In this document: positions 16,946 to 23,527 of the stretch, piece after piece
Layout of the letters: each line of letters starts with the position of its first letter
Position numbering within the stretch: the stretch's first letter is position 1
DNA from: Candidatus Nanohaloarchaea archaeon
GTDB taxonomy: Archaea > EX4484-52 > GLR71
Direction of reading: 5' to 3'
Assembly (NCBI GenBank): GCA_030671745.1
Contig: DAOVHT010000001.1
Location: forward strand, 1 to 36,336
Length of the DNA: 36,336 nucleotides
Notes under the pieces: generated by a model
Told to the model about the DNA's origin: nothing
The model's database searches: none
What the model saw: the letters and a program-made list of their open reading frames with translations, nothing else
Position numbers and translations under genes: made by a program

Positions 16946-17788
16946 TCAACTTTTTTTCTTCCTTTCCAACCTCTTAACTTTTTCAGGCACAGTCAAGTAA
17001 TTGTCGCTTGAACTTACTTTCTCATTTGTCTCAGATTCCAATTCCTTTCGCGCATTGCCTGCAATCGAACCTCCTTTTTTTGAAGCAATCTTGTTCTTAT
17101 CAAATTCTATCGCATCCGAAGATTTTGCAATGGCAGTGGTGGAAGCTTCACCAAGCATAGTAAAAATCAACTCTAAACCATCCATATGGTCTCTTAGATT
17201 CTGTTTTTCAAGTCCTTTAAACTCTTTGTATTCAGAAGGTGTCATATCAAAAGTTGCTTTACTAATCTCAGCCGTTAAAATTGAAAACTCTTTATTGGTT
17301 CTCACTCCCCGATTAGTCCATTCATCTGTTAATTCTTCTCTTACTGCAATACCTCTGATTCTTTTCTCAATCCACTCATCCGAATAACCTTTTTGTCGAT
17401 ATAGTTCTTTCATCCTTTTTTGAGCCAATTCTGGATCTTGAATTTCCTGTATTCTTTCATAACCTACTTTAGCGAGCCATTTTTTGAAAGGTTCGGCCTT
17501 CTTTGATGGTATTGATTGTATTATACGAAATAATAATTTTGTATTGGCACAATCAGTATTTCTTAATTTTCCATCTTCTGCGGAAAGTTTCAACTGTACG
17601 ATTTTATCGTACGATTCAAAACCTTCTATATTTAATTTTGATTTCAAATCAGACCAATATCTCTTAGGTATAGAACTCTCCGTTAACGCTTCTACTACAT
17701 CAACAACAGAAAAATACCATTGTTCTTCATGCCAGATTCTCCTGATATCCTTATTTTCAAACACGACCAATGCCTTATCTTTATCCAT
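16946..17788 (-). CDS. Bro-N domain protein (antirepressor/DinD-like), paralogue 1
   Basis: The N-terminus KALVVFENKDIRRIWHEEQWYFSVVDVVEAL is Bro-N-like. The conserved core is SKKAEPFKKWLAKVGYERIQEIQDPELAQKRMKELYRQKGYSDEWIEKRIRGIAVREELTDEW. The ATG at 17788 lies 5 nt after the upstream stop (the track start 17797 is GTG). Confidence 0.85.
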   Translation of the reverse strand: MDKDKALVVFENKDIRRIWHEEQWYFSVVDVVEALTESSIPKRYWSDLKSKLNIEGFESYDKIVQLKLSAEDGKLRNTDCANTKLLFRIIQSIPSKKAEPFKKWLAKVGYERIQEIQDPELAQKRMKELYRQKGYSDEWIEKRIRGIAVREELTDEWTNRGVRTNKEFSILTAEISKATFDMTPSEYKEFKGLEKQNLRDHMDGLELIFTMLGEASTTAIAKSSDAIEFDKNKIASKKGGSIAGNARKELESETNEKVSSSDNYLTVPEKVKRLERKKKS

Positions 17789-17793
17789 ATCAA

Positions 17794-18654
17794 TCACCTT
17801 AATTTCTTTCGTTTTTGACTTTCCGGTTCATCCAGATAATTGTCTTTTGAAATGATAGTCTTATCTAATCGTTTTTCAATATCTTTTCTTGTTGCACCTG
17901 CAACATCGCCACCATCATGAGCATCTTTTTTTATTTTAGCGAATTCTTGTGAATTTCGTTCTTTTGTAAATTTTGTAGTTGTGGCTTCACCTAACATAGT
18001 CAGTATAAGTTCAATGTCATTCATATGGTCTCTTAGATTCTGTTTTTCAAGTCCTTTAAACTCTTTGTATTCAGAAGGTGTCATATTAAAAGTGGCTTTG
18101 CTGATTTCAGCCGTAAGGATTGAAAATTCTTTATTAGTTTTTACACCACGATTGGCCCATTCATCAGTCAGTTCATCACGAACTGCGATTCCTCTAACTC
18201 TTTTTTCAATCCACTCATTCGAATAACCTTTCTGTCGATAAAGCTCTTTCATCCTTTTTTGTGCAAGTTCTGGGTCTTCAATCTCTTGTATTCTCTCATA
18301 ACCAACTTTAGCGAGCCATCTTTTGAAAGGTTCTGCTTTTTTAGATGGTATCGATTGAATTAAACGTAAAAGTCCCATAATATTCCAACACAATATCAAT
18401 TGCGGACCACCTTTAGTATCGAATTCAAATCCAAGGGGGGGTACAATTTGTCCCCCCCCTTTGAACACATCATTTAAAGAGTTATCTCTTTTTCTAAGTT
18501 TTTTTAAGTAGTCTGTAGGATTTACAGATCCTGTAAGTACCGTCACAACATCCTTTATTACAAACCACCATTGATTATCATGCCAAACTCTTCTGATATC
18601 CTTATTTTCAAACACAACCAATGCTTTATCTTTGTCTTTATTCATCTTAATCAT
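17794..18654 (-). CDS. Bro-N domain protein, paralogue 2 (start refined to ATG 18654)
   Basis: Alignment with paralogue 1 (MIKMNKDKDKALVVFENKDIRRVWHDNQWWFVIKDV) supports this start. The TATA CATATAAG (minus strand) at 18683-18690 lies about 30 nt upstream of 18654. The extra 30 N-terminal codons in the track ORF have no counterpart in paralogue 1. Confidence 0.85.
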   Translation of the reverse strand: MIKMNKDKDKALVVFENKDIRRVWHDNQWWFVIKDVVTVLTGSVNPTDYLKKLRKRDNSLNDVFKGGGQIVPPLGFEFDTKGGPQLILCWNIMGLLRLIQSIPSKKAEPFKRWLAKVGYERIQEIEDPELAQKRMKELYRQKGYSNEWIEKRVRGIAVRDELTDEWANRGVKTNKEFSILTAEISKATFNMTPSEYKEFKGLEKQNLRDHMNDIELILTMLGEATTTKFTKERNSQEFAKIKKDAHDGGDVAGATRKDIEKRLDKTIISKDNYLDEPESQKRKKLR

Positions 18655-18861
18655 CCTCTTTGGATGATTTTCATTTTTCAGCTTATATGCCTGTCGGGAG
18701 AGAGCCGTGCCGGTATGCCAATAGAATCCACAATTGATGCACAAAATTGTTGTTTAAGCACTCATTTTGCGCTTAATTTAGATTTAGTGCGTTTATCAAC
18801 GAAACCTTTATAAACTCTGATAACTAATATATACTACTTACAAGTTACACAAATTATAAAT

Positions 18862-19902
18862 ATGGTGTTCAAAATGAATGCAGATGATATGATTTCGGTA
18901 TTGAAAGGCAAGATTAGTGAAATTGACCCAAGAAAAGCCTTTACAGGTGTTGCGCTAGGCACTACCTTATCTCTTGCAGGCGCAGCCCTTATCTATGGTG
19001 ACCTTGAACAGTTTAATGAATCTATAAAAAATACAATGAACGCGGGTGTTAGGTCTGCAAGTTTATATGTTCATGATATGATTTCGGATAATATTTATTC
19101 TATTGAATCTCTAAAAGCGATAGCGACAAATGTTGACAATGAAGTCCTTGCAGGCGCAGGTATGTTGAGTGCTGGTGCACTTTACCATACAATTAAAAAA
19201 AATGGTATTTCTGACACTGGCGCATCAATTTATCATGCAATAGTTGATTCTATTGAAACTCTTGGCATTGATAAAAAACGCGCAAAACGCGGTCTATTAT
19301 ATACTGGAATCCTTGCTGTAATAGGAACTTCAATGGCAACTTCTGGCTGTTTAGATTTCGGCGGCGATGACACAGTTGTTACAACAAGTACTGATAATAT
19401 TCCAACTCCTGAACCAATAGAACCAACTCCAGTTGAAACAGAAACGCAAGTTGAGACTAATATTATAGAACCTGTAGCAGAACAAGTTGAAACTCCATGG
19501 TATGTTGATCAATATGGTTTTGAAGATGCAGATGTTGGTATACATTCAACTTTATTTGATGATGTTTATGCAGTAAAAAGTTCAGCATATGGTGATGGGA
19601 ATTATAATCTTTATAGTATTGAAAATAGTGAATCTATTCTAAAACATCAAGAATTCACTCCATCAAACCTTCGCCTAGACCTCGATCTGTCATCCGACCA
19701 GTATCGCGCACTAAACGCCCAGTACGGCACCATGATTTCCGCGACAATGGAGACAATCGACCTCGACCGCGACGGCACCATGGACCAAGTCGCCATCCAC
19801 TATGTGGGAACCGGCGGGGATGAAGGAAAAGTGTTGGAGATTAAGACTGATTATCAAAACAGATGGCAGTTACGGGATTATTTGATAACTTATTTTCAAT
19901 AG
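18862..19902 (+). CDS. Membrane protein (346 aa), hypothetical, with a T/P/E-rich linker and a compositionally distinct C-terminal domain
   Basis: Three hydrophobic segments are present: FTGVALGTTLSLAGAALIYG, VLAGAGMLSAGALY and LLYTGILAVIGTSMATSGC. The linker is TPEPIEPTPVETETQVET. The last ~75 codons are much more GC-rich than the rest of the gene. Confidence 0.7.
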   Translation: MVFKMNADDMISVLKGKISEIDPRKAFTGVALGTTLSLAGAALIYGDLEQFNESIKNTMNAGVRSASLYVHDMISDNIYSIESLKAIATNVDNEVLAGAGMLSAGALYHTIKKNGISDTGASIYHAIVDSIETLGIDKKRAKRGLLYTGILAVIGTSMATSGCLDFGGDDTVVTTSTDNIPTPEPIEPTPVETETQVETNIIEPVAEQVETPWYVDQYGFEDADVGIHSTLFDDVYAVKSSAYGDGNYNLYSIENSESILKHQEFTPSNLRLDLDLSSDQYRALNAQYGTMISATMETIDLDRDGTMDQVAIHYVGTGGDEGKVLEIKTDYQNRWQLRDYLITYFQ

Positions 19903-19904
19903 AG

Positions 19905-20171
19905 TTAACAAATACAATTACAGTTTTTATAATATGGTAAATTACATTCTGTAACTGGGTCTTCTGCTCTACAACAACTCCAACACAACTGCTGGCACTC
20001 ACTCGCCCCACCAGCCCCCTCAATCTTCGTCCCGCCGATATCAACAAGATCAGCGCCAGAGCGCGTTATGAGTATCAGCATAATCGCCAGCGCAACAAGC
20101 AGCACGATAAGAATTACGATCGTGTTGATAGGCAATTCCATGCCCTTGCGCTTCTTAGAGAAAAGATTCAT
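19905..20171 (-). CDS. Small prepilin-like protein with an 8-Cys C-terminal module (C-x3-C-x2-CC family)
   Basis: The leader is MNLFSKKRKG|MELPINTIVILIVLLVALAIMLILI. The tail is CQQLCWSCCRAEDPVTECNLPYYKNCNCIC. A TATA (GATATAAACC, minus strand) at 20191-20200 is about 22-28 nt upstream of ATG 20171. Confidence 0.8.
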   Translation of the reverse strand: MNLFSKKRKGMELPINTIVILIVLLVALAIMLILITRSGADLVDIGGTKIEGAGGASECQQLCWSCCRAEDPVTECNLPYYKNCNCIC

Positions 20172-20220
20172 AACAATTATTATCGATTCAGGTTTATATC
20201 TGTTTTTGGTGTGATTACTT
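20131..20220 (-). repeat. Direct repeat copy 1: promoter plus the first ~13 codons of the pilin-like gene at 19905-20171
   Basis: 20161-20220 matches 20621-20680 at 57 of 60 positions by my count. 20131-20150 also matches 21845-21864 at 16 of 20 positions. Confidence 0.85.
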
Positions 20221-20471
20221 ATATACTCGTTTTCTGGTATCTATATTTATGACAACAACAAGAAGATTATTGTAATCAACTCTGTAAAGTATACGAAAAT
20301 CTCACACCCTGATTCTAAACACTTTCTCTTTTTGACCCATTATTCTTTTTGAATCATGTGGTATCGGGTCCTCTGCAAGTTTTTCAATGGATTCAAGAAT
20401 TCTCAGAGTCATATTCTTATCAAGTTTTTAAGTGATTTCTGGATTGGTTTATCTAAAAATATCTCAAACAT
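20215..20471 (-). pseudogene. relE: RelE/ParE-family toxin pseudogene (one frameshift plus one in-frame stop)
   Basis: The minus strand reads MFEIFLDKPIQKSLKNL, then needs a 1-nt insertion to continue as (D)KNMTLRILESIEKLAEDPIPHDSKRIMGQKEKVFRIRV*DFRILYRVDYNNLLVVVINIDTRKRVYK. The stop (TGA) replaces the Gly of the conserved RiRvGdyRiiY motif. It is below the track threshold because it is broken. Confidence 0.8.
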
Positions 20472-20473
20472 AT

Positions 20474-20587
20474 TCAAAGACCCAATTCTTTCTTAAACTC
20501 AGAAATAGATACAAGTTTACCTTCTTTTTCATTCTTGAAACTTTCATCTACAAGAACTTTATCTTTCTCGCTCAATATAGTATCCAT
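20474..20587 (-). CDS. Short (37 aa) antitoxin-like ORF immediately upstream of the relE remnant; possibly itself truncated
   Basis: MDTILSEKDKVLVDESFKNEKEGKLVSISEFKKELGL. Its stop TGA (20474-20476) lies 2 nt before the relE ATG (20471), which is the typical type II TA arrangement. Confidence 0.5.
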   Translation of the reverse strand: MDTILSEKDKVLVDESFKNEKEGKLVSISEFKKELGL

Positions 20588-20599
20588 GTCAATTATGGC

Positions 20600-20680
20600 A
20601 TACCCTTCTCGCTTCTTAGAAAAAGATTCATAACAATTATTATCAATTCAGGTTTATATCTGTTTTTGATATGATTACTT
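20600..20680 (-). repeat. Direct repeat copy 2: degenerate promoter plus frameshifted leader remnant (MNLFLRSEKGMP*)
   Basis: It is about 90% identical to 20140-20220 with two 1-nt indels. The TATA-containing part is retained. The remnant ORF stops after 12 codons. Confidence 0.85.
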
Positions 20681-20723
20681 CTTTTTTGATATAAAATTAT
20701 GCTTTGAGTTTGTATTGCTGAAA

Positions 20724-20755
20724 GGTGTCTACAAAAATATATAAATGTAGACACC
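20724..20755. promoter_or_regulatory. 32-bp palindromic element A (10-bp arms around an AT-rich TATA-like spacer), 6 nt upstream of the Fic ATG
   Basis: GGTGTCTACA-aaaatatataaa-TGTAGACACC. Confidence 0.6.
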
Positions 20756-20761
20756 CATTAT

Positions 20762-21670
20762 ATGTTTATGTTTATAGAAATAAGAAAACAAGGAAAAAAG
20801 AAAAAATATTATCTTGTGCATACATATAGATCTGCTGGAAAAGTCAAAAGAATATCCAAGTATCTTGGTTCTGATATAGATGATAAGGAGTTGCAGAAAC
20901 TAAAAAGTATTGCCGAAAAAAGAATTATTGAGGATTTAAAAGAAAGAAATATTTTAGAATTTGAATTAAATGATGACGAAATAAAGTATTATACTAACTA
21001 TGACTCTAAGATAAAGATAAAACATTTGCAAGGTATTGATTGGACTGATTTTAAAAAACGTTTTACATACGATACAAATGCAATAGAAGGTTCTACAGTT
21101 ACCTTGATTGATGCAGAAGAACTGTTGGGACAAAATAAAAAACCAATAAATAATGACGAGCTTGAAACAGTAAGTGTCTCTGAATCTGTAGATTTCATTA
21201 GAAACACTCAAAAAAAAATGTCAATTGAATTGATTAAAGAAATCCATAACATATGTTTTAATAAAACCAAGCCATTCGCTGGCAAGATAAGGGATGTACC
21301 AGTTGTTATAAAAGATTCTTATGGGAATATTATCCATGAAGGCGCTCCAGTTGATTTGATTGACAAATTACTGACAGAATTATGTGTTTGGTATGAAAAA
21401 CATATAGATATATATCCTCCATTACTTATTTCAGCATTAGTCCACAATCAATTTGAAAACATACATCCGTTTCAGGATGGTAATGGTCGGGTTGGAAGAT
21501 TGTTACTCAATTATGTGCTGATAAAACATAATTATCCACCTATAAACATATTATTGGAAGATCGTGATATCTATTATGAATCTCTAAAGCATTTTGATGA
21601 TAATGGTAATATTGTACCTACTTTAAAATTTTTGATAAAATTATATAAAAAACAATACAATATTTCATAA
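20762..21670 (+). CDS. Fic/DOC family protein (probable AMPylase or related NMP-transferase)
   Basis: The canonical Fic motif HPFQDGNGRVGR (HxFx[DE]GNGRxxR) is present. Length is 302 aa. A second ATG at 20768 is an alternative start. Confidence 0.9.
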   Translation: MFMFIEIRKQGKKKKYYLVHTYRSAGKVKRISKYLGSDIDDKELQKLKSIAEKRIIEDLKERNILEFELNDDEIKYYTNYDSKIKIKHLQGIDWTDFKKRFTYDTNAIEGSTVTLIDAEELLGQNKKPINNDELETVSVSESVDFIRNTQKKMSIELIKEIHNICFNKTKPFAGKIRDVPVVIKDSYGNIIHEGAPVDLIDKLLTELCVWYEKHIDIYPPLLISALVHNQFENIHPFQDGNGRVGRLLLNYVLIKHNYPPINILLEDRDIYYESLKHFDDNGNIVPTLKFLIKLYKKQYNIS

Positions 21671-21708
21671 ATATGTTAATTTTTAAACAGAAAAAATAAT
21701 TAGTGGTG

Positions 21709-21740
21709 GGTGTCTACAAAAATATATAACTGTAGACACC
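21709..21740. repeat. 32-bp palindromic element B, a near-identical second copy 38 nt downstream of the Fic stop
   Basis: GGTGTCTACA-aaaatatataac-TGTAGACACC differs from element A at 1 nt, in the spacer. It is followed only by a 4-codon ORF. Confidence 0.6.
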
Positions 21741-21844
21741 TTGTATGTATATTCATTAATTTCAAAGTGATTCTTATTGGTTTGGTTTAATTTTTAAAGC
21801 CTATTCTCTGATTTTTAAAACTTAAACAAAAGAACCTTAATCTC

Positions 21845-21890
21845 GGCAATTCCATACCCTTCTCATTTCTTGGGCTGAAAAAGACTGATA
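21845..21890 (-). repeat. Third, more degenerate remnant of the pilin-like leader (encodes ..EKGMELP.. on the minus strand)
   Basis: Compare ggcaattccatacccttctcatttcttgggctgaaaaagactgata with ggcaattccatgcccttgcgcttcttagagaaaagattcata at 20131-20172. There is no intact start and no hydrophobic segment downstream. Confidence 0.6.
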
Positions 21891-21952
21891 CATTTAGGTA
21901 TCATCTGGTACAATGTTGCAGACCCACACTGATCGCAAGAAATTACAAAAGA

Positions 21953-23431
21953 TCAATAACTCTTAGCGACATAGACAGTCTCTTTTGCAGGTTTTCCGCA
22001 CACCACGCATCTGGCGAACTTCTTGTCCTCTTTATCAACTTTCTTGCCGCGCACTTCAGCTCCGGTCTTGTCCTTGATAGTGTCTGCGCAAGCTTCGCCA
22101 TCAAGTTCCATGCTACAGAATCCGCACCGGACCATGTTACTGTCAGCCACCGCCTTCTCAAGTTCAGCCATGGATTCACAATCGATAAGCCTCTTATCAA
22201 AATTCTCAGCCTGTGCATCCTTCAACTGTTTAGTGAATGTTTTAGAGATATCAATAACTTTTCCGACAACCTCATCCGCCTTGACAAAATCTTTCTTGCC
22301 GTCATGCCTTGTGACTACCACTGCCTGACCTTTCTCGACATCTTTAGGTCCTACCTCAATCCGCACAGGAACACCTTTCATCTCCCACTCACTGAATTTC
22401 TCGCCCGGACTCTTATTATCGCGGACATCAACCTTGACTGAATATCCGGAACCAGAAAGTGATGTCTTGATCCGTTCACATTCGGAAAGTACCATATCGC
22501 GAGTCTTATCAAACAGTATGGGCACGATAACGACCTGCAACGGTGCAAGTTCAAACGGTAACACAAGCCCTGTATCATCGCCATGTATGGCGATCATAGC
22601 ACCGTATATCCGACTTATTGCCGGACCGTAACAGGTGATGTAACCATATTTTTTAGAACCGTCCTTGTCAACAAAACTGACATCGAAAGGTTCTGAGAAG
22701 TTGGTGCCTAAAAGATGTGTTGATGGCAACTGGATGACCTTGCCTGACGCGGTCAGTGCATCAGCGGCATGTGTCTTGACGGCTCCCGGGAACATATCCC
22801 ATTTAGGTCTCTCAAAGAATATTATGGGTATCGCAAACTCGTCGCCTATCATCTCATGCGTGATCTTCATGTCTTCCTTAATCTGTGCCTCAGCCTCAGC
22901 AAGTGTGGCAAAAACATTGTGCGCCTCAATCCAATGGAACTCACGACCCCTGAAGAACGGTCTTGTCATCTTGGTCTCATATCTCCACACAGACCCAGAC
23001 TGGTATCTCTTGAATGGCAGGTCATTGTAACTCTGTATCCAGAGACTGTACATCTTATACAGTGCAGTCTCGCTTGTCGGACGCAGTGCACGCCTTTCAT
23101 CAAACTTTTTCTTGCCGTCCCCTGCCTCAGTCACCCAGAAAACTTCAGGGGTGAATCCCTCGACATGTTTGGCTTCAAGATGAAAATTGCTTTCAGGTAT
23201 AAGTGATGGCATGACAACTGGTAGGTGCCCGTACGATTCTAACTTTTTCTCATATGTTGCAAACATCTTCTTGATGCTCATGACAGCCCACGGCATATAG
23301 CACACGAAACCTTTGATATTATACCTTAAATCCGCAAGTTCAGCCTTCTGCACAAGCTCTCCGTACCAACCGGAGAAATCCTCATCTTTGGATACGGTTA
23401 TACCTTTTTTCTTAATACCTTTACCAGCCAT
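21953..23431 (-). CDS. proS: Proline--tRNA ligase, archaeal/eukaryote-type class II with a C-terminal Cys-containing domain
   Basis: Signature segments are FSGWYGELVQKAELADLRY, RPTSETALY and FFRGREFHWIEAHN. The C-terminal domain carries CGFC...CVVCG and ends in ...AKSY, as in archaeal-type ProRS. Confidence 0.96.
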   Translation of the reverse strand: MAGKGIKKKGITVSKDEDFSGWYGELVQKAELADLRYNIKGFVCYMPWAVMSIKKMFATYEKKLESYGHLPVVMPSLIPESNFHLEAKHVEGFTPEVFWVTEAGDGKKKFDERRALRPTSETALYKMYSLWIQSYNDLPFKRYQSGSVWRYETKMTRPFFRGREFHWIEAHNVFATLAEAEAQIKEDMKITHEMIGDEFAIPIIFFERPKWDMFPGAVKTHAADALTASGKVIQLPSTHLLGTNFSEPFDVSFVDKDGSKKYGYITCYGPAISRIYGAMIAIHGDDTGLVLPFELAPLQVVIVPILFDKTRDMVLSECERIKTSLSGSGYSVKVDVRDNKSPGEKFSEWEMKGVPVRIEVGPKDVEKGQAVVVTRHDGKKDFVKADEVVGKVIDISKTFTKQLKDAQAENFDKRLIDCESMAELEKAVADSNMVRCGFCSMELDGEACADTIKDKTGAEVRGKKVDKEDKKFARCVVCGKPAKETVYVAKSY

Positions 23432-23527
23432 AACAACTATTGTCTGTGATACTTATTTAAGTTTTTTCTAATCTCAACGAAAATCAATCAAATAACTATA
23501 TATCACTATCATAATAAATTATGACTT

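Noticed and set aside
17001-18813. Plus-strand ORFs antisense to the Bro-N genes (17001-17387, 17484-17855, 17981-18226, 18571-18813).
   Set aside because: The minus-strand products have a clear Bro-N and conserved-core signature. The antisense ORFs are Ser/Leu-rich shadows, duplicated only because the genes themselves are duplicated.
20432-20674. 80-aa plus-strand track ORF 20432-20674.
   Set aside because: It runs antisense across the relB-like ORF and into the duplicated promoter repeat. Its product is low-complexity Phe/Ile/Leu-rich. The RelBE reading on the minus strand explains the region better.
21943-23206. Track ORFs overlapping or antisense to ProRS (21943-22218, 22023-22328, 22378-22584, 22434-22631, 22665-23030, 22769-23206).
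   Set aside because: They are shadow ORFs within a confidently identified class II aaRS gene, with no independent support.
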